In this document: piece by piece, positions 39,401-54,400 of the stretch
How positions within the stretch are numbered: position 1 is the stretch's first letter
How the letters are laid out: the number at the start of each line of letters is the position of its first letter
Origin: Mytilus californianus
Lineage: Eukaryota
Length of the DNA: 64,000 bases
Direction: 5' to 3'
Assembly (NCBI RefSeq): GCF_021869535.1
Contig: NW_026262581.1
Span: 96,906,001 to 96,970,000 of the forward strand
Made by a program: the position numbers and the translations under genes
The notes under the pieces: generated by a model
Told to the model about the DNA's origin: nothing
Databases searched by the model: none
Seen by the model: only the letters and a program-made list of their open reading frames with translations

Positions 39401-42400
39401 AATTATCCAAACAGATCCACCACTGCCACCTCCACTAAGGTTACTACCATCATCACCATCAGCCTCTATAGATCCATCCAGGACCATCAGGGTTCCCACT
39501 GTTATCTTAGCTCTACCACCACCCTTCCCACCTTCTACATTACTGATACCAGCTCCACCCTGGCTCCCTGTTTCTGTTGGCTCATACAAGGAACCATAGC
39601 CTGATCCTCCAGATATGGTGACATCAAATACTGAAGGATTAAAAATCTTAAATATACTATACTGTCTATGTTAAAATATATTTCATACAAGTATTGAAAA
39701 GAAACAAATGACATGTAAAAACCAACAGTTGTTCTTTTTGCCTCCATGCTTCATACAGAATGAATCTTTGGTCAATGCTTTTATACCCTGATAAAATTAC
39801 AATAAACTGCTTCGCTGAGCACAGCTGGATACGCCCGCAGAGGTCCAACCCTGAACAGTTAGGGGCAAAAATGGACACAATATTTAAGCTTGTTACAGGT
39901 CTGAATTTGGATTGTAATTAAATACTTGACATATTATAGGTTTCTGAATAAATGTAGTCAAAGAACTTGAAATTGGTTATATGAATTGAATTTATATTCA
40001 ATTAAAGATTTCTTGCTGTTGTGCAATACACTGTGCTGTTGCGCAATACTTAGTAAATTTGTTGTCAGACTATAAACAAACAATAACTTCTCAATGTTAT
40101 ATCAGAAATTTATAAAAAACTAAAGGAGGGTTATCTTAATAGATATAAATCAGTCATCAAAGTTTAATGAAAACTGCTCTAAGCACTTTAAGGATATTGT
40201 CCAAAAACTTGAAAATCAACCCTTTTATTATGAATAAAATCTTATAACTCGGAAACGTAAAATCTTAAATTTATAAAAATCAAAAGGGAGCTTACAACAA
40301 TAGATATAAACAATTTACCAAAGTTTCATAAAAAATGCTGAGAGCCAGGGAGAGGGTTCAAAATGCTAAAAGCATTTTTGAGTTATTGTCCGAAAACTGG
40401 AAAATCCCATTTTTGGTAATGAATAAAACCCCATAAATCGGAAACATATAGTCTAAAATTTTAAAAAATCTAAAGGGAGCTCATGTTGATAGAAATAAAC
40501 AATGCACCAAAGTTTATTGCAAATTGGTGAAATTGTTTTTGAGTTATTGTCCAAAAACTGGAAAATCCCCCCTATTTTAATAAAACCCCATAACTCGGAA
40601 ATGTAAAATCTAAAATTTATAAAATTCTAAAGGGAGCTTACATCAATACTGAATAGATATAAACAATTCACCAAAGTTTCATAAAAAATGCTGAAAGCAT
40701 TTTGAGTTATTGTCTGAAAACTGGAAAGTCCCCCTTTTTGTAATGAATAAAACCCCATAAATCGGAAACGCATGGTCTAAAATTTATAAAAATCAAAAGG
40801 GAGCTCATGTCAATAGAAATAAACAATTCACCAAAGTTTCTTGCAAATTGGTGAAATTGTTTTTGAGTTATTGTCCACAAACTGGAAAATCACCCCTTTT
40901 TAATGAATAAAACCCCAAAACTCGAAAACGGTAAATCCGAAATTTATAAAAAACAAAAGGGAGCTCCCATCAATAGATATAAACAATTCACCAAAGTTTC
41001 ATGTATATTGGTTAAAGCATTTTTGAGTTAATGTCTGACATGTTGACGACGAATGGACGGACAGACGGTCAACGGTATACCATAATACGTCCCGTAAACG
41101 GCCGTATAAAAAGAAGCATTCAATTCTTAATTGAAGAGATCACTGAAGACTATTGAATGTAAATAAGAATGATTGTATTTTCTTACCAGGTTCTGGCGTT
41201 GTTGTTATAATAGTCGTAGTTGTTGGAATGGGTGTAGTCCTTGTGGTGAAATTGGCTGGATATGTCAATCCCACTGTTGTTTTAGCAACTGTTTCATTCA
41301 ATTCAACTTCATCACAAGTGGTAATAGTCTGACAACAGGTAGAATTCATACAGTTATAGGTTATATCATCACACTGGGTTGTATTCATACATTGTGTTAT
41401 GTTTTCACACTCTGTTCCGTTATCACACACGGTTGTATTTTCACACTGATAGTTGTAAGTACAGACAACTGGCTGTTCACACTCTGTAGAATTCTCACAG
41501 CTAGTTGTATTATCACATGATGTTACGGAGGTACAGACTGTTGTAACTGTAGTTGTGGTTGATATTTCCTTCATGGTAGTTATTTCAGGTTCAGTTGTTG
41601 TTGGTTCTTCAGTGGTTGTGGTTGTTGTTGTTGGTATTTCAACTGAAATTGTAACAGAAGTATCTTAAAAATATCTCAAAACGACAAACATATTAAAAAA
41701 TAGTATTTCTTGGAATATTACTGATTGGGTCGTCTCGTACTGACTTCAACAATGAGCAAAACTCCTACTGTATGGTAAGCTATAAAAGGAGCTGGTATTA
41801 CCAAACCTGAAACATTTCAATCCAAGAGGATTTTGAGACTCTGCAATGAGAATGGAAATTTAATTTCTAATTTGGTCAACCATAAAAAAATTTGATTGAT
41901 ACTAATTTTGAAAAAAATCTTTACATTGATTAAATCAGTCAAACTTGCCATGTGTGAAGCATAATTATAAACTTCTTACAATAAATTTAGATTCATTATT
42001 TCTGTTAAAAGAAGTAAAGTATGTAAAAAGTTCAGAAAAGTTTTTAACTTATTTTGCAATTTACATTCATGCAATCAGCATACCTTATTTGGCATGTACA
42101 ATGAACCAAATAATAGCTATATTCAAACTCAAATTAATAAGATAATAGTAAGTAGAATTTGACACTACTATACCTTCAAAATGACCTGCACATGTTATTT
42201 TCAAATTGAAAGTATTAATTACATTTTCTACTTTTTCTTGCACTTCCATCATTAGTTTGCTACCTGTTGGTATTTGCCCCATATCCTACTCATTAATCAT
42301 ACTGATATACTTAAAAAAATTTAATACAAGGCACAAAGGTGATAAGTCAGGTTTTTTTTATAATTTATAAAGTGTAAGTTTCATACCAAATTGATATTTA

Positions 42401-45400
42401 CCAAAACAATATGTTACAATTGACCATGTTACGTAGAATCAGTAAATGAGCACAAAATATTTGCGTATCTGACCTGTACAGATATATTTTGTGTTGAACA
42501 ACATCAATTCAAATATCATACTAACCACTATGACCTCCCCCTTGTGAACCATGTCCTGCACCAGAATACAGTTGTGTTGGGGAACCAGTTGTTGTAGAAG
42601 CCGTGCCTGTACATAGGAATCTAGCCAACGGTTCTACATAAAAGTTTGTGGCTTCTATATCAAATGTATCAGCTCTGAATTCTGCACCATATTTTATATC
42701 CTGTTAGAAGACAGCAACATTCATTATTTCCATGTACAGCAATACCAAAGTGCAAGAATCAAGTAAGATATTAATATCTTTATTAGAAGTGTTGTCCATA
42801 TAGATAATAATTGTATTAGCTCAACTTTAAAAAAAAAAAAACATAGAAGAAAATCTTGAATTTAATAGTAAAAACTGTACTGAAAAATTATGTCACATAA
42901 GGCCCTTATTGAATCCTGTCTCTTTTAGCAAAGTACAAAATAATATACATACGATAGTTCCGACAGTCAGTTTAAGTCCCATGGGAGGTGGTAAAACCAT
43001 TACAGCCTCAGCACCTTCCTCTAATGATGCAAATCTAAACCAACCAGCTACACCTTCAGTCTTTACACCATTCTCTACAAAACTTGTTCTTGCCATCTGT
43101 CCAATGCTGATCATTCTACCAGGAACAATTCTCAGATGACGTGTGCCAATAATTTCACCATTCCATCGAAAAGCTATTTCTCCTAGTCCAAGCATGTAGA
43201 CTAGTCTGGATAGGTAAGCTGTTCCTCCCTCATCCACCCATAAATTAATTGGTGTTTTTGTTAAGGACTGGACATATTCCAAATAAGCAACATGATCCCC
43301 TTTCAAATGAAAACGACTTGTTTTGTCACCATAAAATTTATCAACATCAAGTACCCTAGAAACACTGTCCCCATCTTTTAGTTGGAGAGACACATTATTA
43401 TACATGTACACATCATTGAAGAAGTAGTCAGTTTTCCCTGGCTCATCCAAAATAAAGTAGTGGTCCCATGTGCGCTTGTTGTTGTCTAGATGAAGTTGTT
43501 CATAAGTACGACTATTTCTGATATCTTTAATGTAGACCCCACCAGGACCTCCATCTGACATATAGCCTTGCTGACCAGCACCACCCAGAGGATTGTATTT
43601 TCCATTAAAGTTGATTTCTGTATCCAGGTTTAGAGAAATCCTACCACCTGAGCCACCACAGCCACCATCACCACCGCCAACACTGATTTTCCCATGTCCT
43701 TCCAGATCATTGGATTTGATATAAATACTACCACCACTTCCTCCACCAGTCATAGATTCTCCCTTGGAACCATCTGCCTTAATTTCACCATCTATATACA
43801 GTTCTGTGCCCACATTTAGTTCTATTACACCTCCACCTTTTCCACCTACTCCTTCTAGACCATCACCTCCAGCACTACCTCTAGATAATGGTGTATAGAG
43901 ACCCCCATGATAATCTCCTCCTTCTAGGATTACTGTTTTATCAGTCTGGTTGTATATCCCCCCTCCTGCACTACCATGTCCTCCACCAGTGGCTACATCT
44001 GAAGTGTTTACAACAAAGTCAATTCCTCTTCCAGTCATTTCATCAAGGGTATCAAGTGGTCTGTCTGTTGCTGATACAGTAATCTCTGATCCTGCTTCTA
44101 CATTCAATGTACTTGTATTGATGAATATACTTTCAGCAGAAATGAATGAGTTATATCGACAATCAATACGTCCAACACTGCTAAGCATTGGTACATCAGG
44201 AGCATACTTGATACCAGACAAAGCTCTGAGGTCAACAGATCCAAAAGTTGTTTTACCATCATCATCCTTTTTAAGATAAGTTTTACCTTTATCAGTGTAC
44301 GTCCCGTCTCCTAACATTGCAGTATGACCATTCTCTCCAATGTACACAACTGTCTCAAAGCCACAGATGAAATTAGAAACACCAGTAATTCGTCCAAATA
44401 TTTGTACTGATCGGTGCTCTGGGTAAGTTGAGAAGGTGACACCAGTGCCATATACATAGGTATTAGTTGGAAGAATTATCTCCCCTTCCTCATCAATAAT
44501 AATATTGATTCCTGATGTGAAAGCTTGTCGCACCCCTTCTTCATATTCAGCAACATAGCGTTGATTTGCATGAATATGTAAGAGTCCACTGCGGTCGCCA
44601 ATTAGTTGTCTGACATCTGTAAATATTGCCGTTCCTGTGTCCCTTATGTGTAAACTAGCCTGATTCATAAGTTGGAGTTCTTCGAAATAAAAGTCAGTTT
44701 GGGAATCTTCTTCAATGGTGGAATATTTCTCAATAGATCTTCCAGCATTGTCAAGTTGGAGCCTTCTAAAGGCTACACCTTTTCTTTTGTCCTCTAGATA
44801 TACTGATCCAGCAGCTCCTGTATTCGCAGGAGAATCAGCATCTCCACCAAATGCTAAATAAATCCCTTCAAAGGTCATCTGGGTTGTAGATATAATTGCA
44901 ATCCTTCCAGCGGATCCTGCACCATACTGACCAGTGCTGCTACCTCCACAGGCAGAATATGTACCGTACCCATCATATGAATATGTCTGTATCCAGATAC
45001 TACCACCACTACCTCCACCATAATCAGAATCACTACCATTGACAGAGATCTCACCATCGTTGTACACAAGGTATCCAGCTTGAAGATGGATCTTACCTCC
45101 TCCTCTACCTCCATTGTCTCGTGGACGACTGCCAGGATTGTTCGGTCTATAAATAGATCCATAGGAATCGCCTGAAGATGTAGAATTTCCTCCTCCTATT
45201 CCTGAATGGCCTGCTCCACCATACCCTACAGCCTTACCAAGGTCTGTATCTATAGATTCTGAATCAGGACGATTAGTACTTGCAGCTGACATAGCACCTT
45301 CCAATTCTATGTTCAAAGTGGTACATGAAATATCAAAATAATCTGCTGTTATCTTGGACTTGTATTTAACACTCAAGGTTCCAACTAACATTTCAGCTCC

Positions 45401-48400
45401 AGTATTTTCATCAAAGTCTAAAGTACTACCTGGATCAAGTTGTAGATATCCAAATGAGACCCTTGCAGTAGATGTAGAACCAGAAGATGCAACAATTTTA
45501 GCATTGGATCCCATTCTCATATGCCTTTCGGGCCCAAGGATCAAATTAACAACTCCTGTCATGACACCATCTAAATCTAAAGCTGTTGATGCTTTACCTA
45601 GTATAGTTGTTGTCTCAGATAAAATAAACTCACCACCATTATAAAGTTCAAGATTAACCTGTAGTTTAGAAATGAGAGAATCTGCTGAAGATCTGTCCAG
45701 GGTACCAATCTGATTTTGACGTATTCTGATCAATCCAGTTTCATCTCCAACCACGCTGTTAATGTCAAGAGTTCTCTGATTTTCGTCTTCAATCATTTGA
45801 AGCTTGGCATAAGTTTTGGCATTCAAGTAATCAAATGTAATATCATGAATAGATTCACTCAAAGTTAAGTAAAAGTTCAGCTGTTCATTCTCATTATCTA
45901 CTGTCAATGTTTCTACAAGATTTTTACCACTGCCAACACCAGTGTAAATTGACCCAGGTCCTCCTCGTCCATTTGTTGCTGGAGATTCCCCTCCCTTTGC
46001 CCGGTAGGTACCTTCACTCGAGAATTCATCATTTTCTGTATAAACTGCAATTCTACCACCACTACCACCACCTGCAGCAGAGTTAGTTGTGTCCCCTCCA
46101 TTACTTTCTATCAATCCAAAACCTCTGAACAAGGAGATAGTGTTGACATAGATACTTCCACCACTTCCTCCTCCTCCAGTGTCAGAACTACCACCATTGG
46201 CACGGAGGTTGCCATTCAGGGTAAATACATCAGCTTGAATGGAGATATAACCAGCACCTTTACCCCCATTCCCACCATTGCTTCCTGGTAGAAGTGTTTG
46301 GTAGATAGAACCATAAGGTGTAGCTGCTTGATCTATTGTTATATTTTCTCCAACTCCACCTTCACTGGCATAAGCTCCACCATTGAGACCTGTCCCATGA
46401 GCTGTTGCTGGAACTGCATCATCACTTAATCCTACTCCTCCAACATTGATCTCAGCTCCCCTCTCCATTGTCAAGGTACCAACTTTCAAATCAGCAAAAT
46501 CTGCATAAAATACAATGTTCCTTTTAATCTCAACAGTTACTGCAACCAGCTGTAATCCAACAGATGGACTGAAAGTTGATCCAGCCTTCAATGCAAGATA
46601 GTTTAGTGTGTATACTCCTGCTTCAGAAGTACTGATGTCATAACCACTATCTGTGTAACTGGCTGTCATTGAGGTGGGATTCAGGATCACCTCTCCTCCA
46701 CTTTCTACAACCAGGTTGTTGAAGGTAACCATGCCACTAAGGTCAACAGTACAGCCACTCACTGTCATATTATTCGGCACATGAAGAGTGGCATGTTCTC
46801 CCAAGTTAATATTGATCTTTGTTATAAAGTTAGTCAGGACACCATCCACTACTTCAGCTTTCAGAATCTGTTGATGTTTAACATACAGTGTGGCAGTGTT
46901 GTCACCATCAATCTTATCCAGGGTTAGTTTTGTCGTTTCTCCCTCTATATCACTGTGAGAGTATCCTGTAAAAAAACTTAATATGTACTTCTGAATCCGT
47001 TTTTTTTTCTCTTTACTGAAATATATAGACAGACAAACAAAGTCAAAACTAAATGTCAAGACCCATGAAAATAATATTTTGCTTTAACCTGGTATGTATG
47101 ACAAATAATATTTTTGATATCTTTGTTGTTATTCAGGACAAAAGAACAAGGGAGTCATCATTTTTATATCTGGGGAAATTTGGAAATCATGTTGATTCAA
47201 AAGTTTGCTGGTTTTAATAACACAAAATGGGAAGACATTTTTGAAAAGAGTCCTTGATGGACATTGAAAATACAACATCCCTTCTTTGCTAAATTGTGGG
47301 CATTATAATCTTTAAAGATTTGATACTGTAAGGAGTTATTTCAAGTATTGCATTCCTTATATCTTTTAGAATATGTTCACCAATAAGTGTCTGAATAGAC
47401 AACTTTTTAACCTAAATTGAACTGAATATTACTGGACTAATAAATAGGTCTGAATTTCTAGCTCATGTCTAAAGGAAGTTTGGGAACATTGACCATAAAT
47501 AAGAAGTTTAACTACTTTGCCAAAATGACATTTAAATTCAGCTATTTTTAAATTTTATAAAAAAGTAAAGGTTACTAAGCTTGTTTACAAGCTAAATGTT
47601 GTGCAAAAATTCCAATATTTTGTAAGATATGTACACAGAAAAGTGTAAGGTGAATAGACACAAAATTAAATGATTTAATTTTGATATAAAATATGAAAAG
47701 ACAGTTATTATAAAAATGTGCAAAATATATCCGTTTTGAATTTTCCTTGTAGTTCGGTATTTTGGCTATTTTATTTTTTTTATAGAACCCCTGAAGTGGA
47801 TACCTAGCAAGGTTGTTTCTATGAAACACATAAAATGTAGAGACTGAGTTGTGGTTATAAGAGTCTTTATATTTTTTTTTAAATGGGGTTATCATACTCA
47901 TGCTCTACCCACAAAACAAAAAAATAGATAAATTTGCAATATTCATTCTAAACTATAGCTGAACTGTTCTTGATCAAAAGGAATAAAGGATATATCATAC
48001 TCAGTCAAAAACAGTTCCGATTTGGTAAAAAATTGTTAAACACTGCTCAGTACCGTTCAGATGCAGGTTAATGCAAATTAGGTAAAAGTAATACTTAAAA
48101 TTTAGGACAGCTATGTCATATACTGGTTGATTCAGATGATGATTCTTTCATATGCAAAAAATTACAGGTTGTTAAATCAAATAATTTTGACTTTTTTAAT
48201 TTTTTGTGTCAAAAATAAGTCTCATATGAGTATGAAAGAATGTCTATTTTCTTTTCATTAAAATTTCAAAAGAAAAAAATTAATTCTTAAGTTAATTTTC
48301 TATATAATGTGAGAGCAATATTTTCATTACAAATTTGGATGCAGAAAAATATCTCAGAACAAACATCAATTTTGAATGCTTTAGATTTGTATCAATTTCA

Positions 48401-51400
48401 CATTTCTGTAGAGTAACTTTTACGCCTTTATACCTTTAAGTGATATAATGTGATAATAGAAATCATTGTTTCCTCCAGATATCCATGTCTGTGTTTCATC
48501 CTGTCCAGATTCATCTGTGCTGCCAATAACCCACAGTCTGTCTTTCTCATTTATTCCTGTGCCATCATTTATGTAGATGGTACCTGCTCCAGCCTTTACA
48601 GTGTTCAAAGTGTCGTCATTGCCTCCTCCATAAGCAGTTATTGTTCCATCAAAGTCAAGGCTAAAAAAATAAACAGATATTGCAACTCATACATGATTTG
48701 AGTGAGATATTTAATATTAATTCTTTCGTATGTGTTTCTAATATAAAAATTCACAATTCGGGCAACATTATTCCTTTTATAAATGATAACTACATTTATG
48801 GAAGATTTTCTAGATATTAGAAGTTTTACATTAAAGAAATGCTTTTGGAAGGCACAACCATGGATTTAAAAAACAACAATATATATCCTTGCCTATCACC
48901 TTCTTGCAAGTTTAATATCCTAAACATTTTCTATGTCTATTATTGAAGGGAGCTTTACTAGTCAAGGAAATGTAAGTCCCAAAATGAAAACACTTTTTAT
49001 GAGCAAATGAAAACTCTTTAATGTAAAAGTCTTATTCAATGCCTTCCCACTTTTGCAAATGAGCAGTTTAATTCATTTTTATATTATTAAAATAAGCTCC
49101 AATTACAAGAACAGGAAAGAGTTAATATTCAAAATATTCAAAATGTAATGCTTTACATATTCAACTTTTTTTTACAGTACTAAAAATATGCAGAGTTTAC
49201 ATACCTTTCTGTTAGAGTAAGTTTTATCCTTCCTCCTGCTCCACCTCCTCCCTTGCCAGAACCTTGACCTCCATTGGCAGAGACAGTGCCTTCACCAAGT
49301 AAGCTGCGACTACTTAAAACAATAGTGCCACCACTGCCACCACCAGCTCCTTCTCCTGTGGCATCAGAACCATCAACCTTGATGATACCTAGAACAGCAT
49401 TCATATACATGTATTTCTGAAGTCAGGAATCTGTTTACAAATATTCTTATGAATGAAAAATTCTTTTTAGATAATTACTTTTTAAATGTGACAGCCTCTC
49501 AATCAAACTTACCAGTACTTTAAATGAAATAGATTAAATAATGGTAAAGTTACTTGACTCAAGCTGATGCACTTTTGTAATTTTGAAGACACCAGAAATA
49601 GAGAAAAAGAAAAAAAAATCGAAAGGGTTCCACAGAACCCTGTGTCTCCACTGCAATTATTGCTGTCAGTGTAAAAGTGTAAAGTTTCTTTCCCAAAACT
49701 ATGTATATTTCTAAGTAAAATGCAGAAAAATATTCAAACGTTTTCCTTCAGAAGCTATTTCTTGATCATGAAGAAGCTTCTGTTTCCTAACATTCCATAA
49801 AGGTTTAACAAAGTTATTGATGTCTAAAAAAATTTTAACAACAGACTTTACGGAAATATTTACTGCAAAAAACTAAATCCATCTATCAGTAAGATACTGA
49901 AAAAGGAACAAAATACATTTCAAAATCTTGCTTCAGATGTTATCTCTTTATCATAAAAAAAAATTCTGTCAAAGTTTCATAAAATTCTATGAAGGCTTTC
50001 ATAAAATTCTATGAAAGCTTTACAAAATTATTGATGTCTAAAAATATTAAACCCCAGTCTGTATCTAAATGTTAACTAGATAAAATTCCAGTCAGTTTAC
50101 CAGTTAAATATGAAAAAATAACATAAAATATTTTGTGTGTTGGTGTCATTGGCTTATTCCTCCCTGTAATTCAAGATAGTATTTATGAATTTCAGCTTAT
50201 CACCATATTTTTACATGGCACCATCATTATGAAAGGTACCACTAGTGGAGCAGGAACCTCTTACCCTTCCAGCGAACCTGAGTTCACATCATTGGTTTTT
50301 AGCGGGGTTCTTGTTGCTCAATCTTGGTTTTCTGTGTTGTGTTTTATAGAATGACAATTGTCTTTTTTTTCTTTTGGCTATGGTGTTGTCTTTCATAAAC
50401 ATTTAGTTTTTGATTAGCCCATTGGTATCTTCTGGCTTTAATCACAACAATTCTTCATTTATGGATATCTTAATTTACCAAACATACCATCATTTGTAAT
50501 GTCATAATATGTGTCAATCTGTAGATAACCTCCTCCAGGGCCACCTGTTCCATTGACAGAGTTACCTCCTCCACTTCCGGTCTCTGTAGGGTTCCTGGTC
50601 TGATCATAGGCATCACCTCCTGTGTAGTCAGATGTTGGAGCGCCACCTGGGGCACCATGGCCTGCTCCCGTTGCTAGGTTTTCACCACTTATCTGTTAGG
50701 TAAAAATGAAGAAAAGTTTCTTTTGAAACAAAATGTAATGTCTCTTTATCTAATAATTCAGCTATCAAATATGGATTACATTTCAATGTAAAGGAAATAA
50801 TTTGCAAATTTGTAATTAAAGAAGGCAATTAATGTGTTTTTTCATCATTCATGCCAAATTTATAACATTTTGTTACATATAGATAATTCAAGAGTCAACC
50901 TTCTCCCTTATACCAGTCCTTGCTTAGTAGCATATCCTTGACCAGATAGATCTATTGTTGAACCAGGATTATGTGTGATATGGCTACTTACATTTCCCCC
51001 TCCATACTTACCATAACTTAGCTCTAAAGCATATCCTCCACCAGATAGGTCTATTGTAGAACCAGTATTATAATTGTTTACACCTTCATCTTTTGGTCTT
51101 TGGTGGATAGTTGTCTCATTGGCAATCATACCACAACTCCTTATTTTTATATTATGTATGATTTGGTATCTTTCCTTCTCCCCATAACCAGAACCCTGCT
51201 CAACAGAATATCTTATACCAGACAACTCAATTGTAGAACCAGGATTATGCATAATCTAGTAATTTACCTTCTCCCCTTTACCAGTGCCCTGTTCAGCAAC
51301 ATATCCTCCACCAGATAGATCTATTGTAGAACCAGGATTAAGTTTAATCTTGTTACTCTGTAGTATAATCTTCTCTCCCTTCAGTGTAGAGCCATAGTGT

Positions 51401-54400
51401 AATTCTAAGATAGTCAGTTGTAAAGGTTTTCCTGTTGTCTCAAATGTCACAGTAGCATAGTCTTTGATTGTAAAGTTAGCAAATTTGTAAGCACCTGCTT
51501 CCTGAGCCTCAAATACACCTTCTTTGTATGTAGCTGTCCTGGTTTCTGCTGACAGTACAGCTGTTTGCCCAGATGCAATAATCAAATTCTGAATGTTTGT
51601 TAGCGTTCCTTTGTAAAAGAATAAACTTTAAGGTAAATTCATTTGAACAACGTTTAAAACTTTATTGTATTCAGGAATATATGTAAGTGTTATTTACACA
51701 GAATGAGACATCCATCATTTTTTAATTTTCTAATATTCCATATAAGTAAACTTTTACCTGTCGATTTATCATTTCTGTCCACCTTAGATATCTCCTTTTC
51801 CTGGTGGTAGTCCAAATGTCCGATCCTTCATTCTGGTCAATCCACTTATCAAACCAACTAATTGATTTGTTGTAAAATTCTTTCTTGTCATGAATATGTA
51901 TGAAATATTTGCCACTGGACATTAAGTAAACAACAATCAATCAATCAATCAATCAATCAATTTGTTTTGTTTGTGATCTTAAAAGAATAAAATTAATAAC
52001 AAACAAAACTATTAATATTGCAAATTTTCACTTTACATAATGAAACTTTAATCACTGAGATTAACTGAATATTATAAACATCCTTACATACCTTTGAGCT
52101 GATTATCTGATCCTAGAAGTTCTACTTTCTTGGGAAGTCTAGTCTCACCAAGCTGTTGTAGATGTAGACTACATGTCAGTTTACTATACTCTGATGATAC
52201 ATCCGCACTGAATATTGTGTTGTCATTGACCACAAGGAAAGAATCAGATCCACATGTTAACTCATTGGCAATAAAGTGTAGATTTTCTGTCAGGATACTA
52301 ACAGTAGCAGAATCACCAACTTCTAACTCATTTACAGTGACCTCTGTTTGCCCAGGGAGGTCAATGATGGTATTGGCAATAGAACTTCCTTCAATACCTG
52401 CATTATCTGACAATAATTTACGGTATGCCAAATTATTGATGAGGTAATTCAGGTAAGCTGTTCCAGCACCACCTGCTTCTGATGAATTAGAATTACCTCC
52501 CTTTAGAGTGTAGTCCCCTGTAAAGTTGTAATCTCCAGTTACATCTAGGTACATTCTTCCACCACCACCGCCGCCAGCACTATCGGTTGCATTACCACCT
52601 ATTACAGATATAGAACCAGATCCGGTAAAATCCACTGTATCTATGTATACTGATCCACCACTTCCTCCTCCACCATTGCCTTCACCATTGTTACCATGGG
52701 AAGTTATCATTCCACTCAAGGTCAACAACTCAGTAACCTTGAATTTGACAATACCTCCACCACTTCCTCCAGTTCCTCCAGAAGTTGTGTCCCCACCAGC
52801 TGAACCAAAGTTGACAGCAGTGAATACTGATCCAACATAGTCAACTAAAGATTCTGATCCAGAGCTTGATGCTCCCCCAGAACCACCATGACTTCCACCA
52901 GAACCATCCTGTCCTACACCAGATCCAGGATCAGAACTACTACCATCAACACCAATCAGCCCATCAAAGGCTACTTGCACAGTAGGTGCCTTGATATACA
53001 CATTTCTTCCTTTAATTTCACCTCCATATTTGACGTTCAGTTCATCCAAGACTTCAATTGTGTACTGGTTTTTAGAGTCAGTGGAAACTTCCATGAGACC
53101 ATCTGTAGTGACATCTAGGTTTGAAAGAGAGAAGGATCCAGCATCTGAAAGTTGTGCTGTAGTTAGACCACTCCTGGCAGTAGAACTGAATGACACTTTA
53201 CCATAAGAAGCCACAATGAGATTTCGGACAGCTATGGCATTTCCCTTCACATCCAAGTTTATCTCCTCATCATCTGTCTCATCCTCTAGTTGCAGTCGTG
53301 CAGGAAGCGTGGCATATCCATTTTCTTCAATCAGAATCTTACATGGCAGAACAAAAGCATACTGTGTACCATAACTGGTTGCTATGATAAAATACTGATT
53401 TTCCTGTACAGTAAGCAGCCCTGTATAATCTCCCTCTATCAATGATATCTCAAAGTTAGACCCACCACTGGAATCAAATACTACTTTGGCCTTTCCATTC
53501 AAATCTATTGTTGACACTGTTGTGACACCAGTAATGACTGTTTGGGAATCAGTAGAAAGTCCATTATTGTTAATTTGTAGTTCTGTTTTTGAAGCACCAC
53601 CAGAAAGTTCAGATACCAAATAAACAGAGCCTGCAGCTCCATTGGAAGTCCCACCTTCACCACCCAAAGAAGACAGGAATCCATAAAAGGATGAAATAGC
53701 CTTTACATCTAAAGCCATGCGCCCTCCTCCACCACCACCTTTATTTGCACTGGTACCTCCATTGACAGAGATGGTACCATGACCTTCTAGACTGTCTCCA
53801 GTAATTTTGATGCTGCCACCACTTCCACCTCCGGTGTTTTCACCATTCTCCCCTTCAGCTGTTAGAAATCCATCTATGGAAAGAGTTGTAGCTTGGATGG
53901 AAATGACTCCACCACCATGAACAGAAGTACAACCACTGCCAGGATCTACAGGTGATGTGGTGGAGCCATATGTTGTTCCAGTATTACCTCCTCCTTCTCC
54001 ACCATAACTAGCACCTTTCTCAGAGTTACCTGCCCCTGATCCCGTGGTTGAGCCTCCATGAGATACTGACAACACAGCATCTTCTTCTATTATACAATCA
54101 GTTGTCACTAAATTGAATGATTTAGAAGTTGTTGTGATTTCAATTTCTGATTTTATCTTCATGTGGAATTTTGTTAATGACAGGCTAATGCTGTCTTCAT
54201 TTAATATTAGTTTTGCAGCATATCCTAGAGTAAGTGACTGAATCCCACTGTATGTGGCTCCTGATTTTATTTCCATCTCGGTACTTTCTTGTAATTCTAA
54301 GGAGGTGGCATCCAATGTTCCTGTTGAAGATATAGTGACAGAGCCACGATCCCAAACACTGAAATCTGACACTGTCAATGTTCCCTTCAGATCTAAGGTA

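Noticed and set aside
50908-51252. 114-aa ORF as an additional exon
   Set aside because: Mosaic of decayed exon-end duplicates and a SINE-like fragment; exons 8 and 9 already join in phase.
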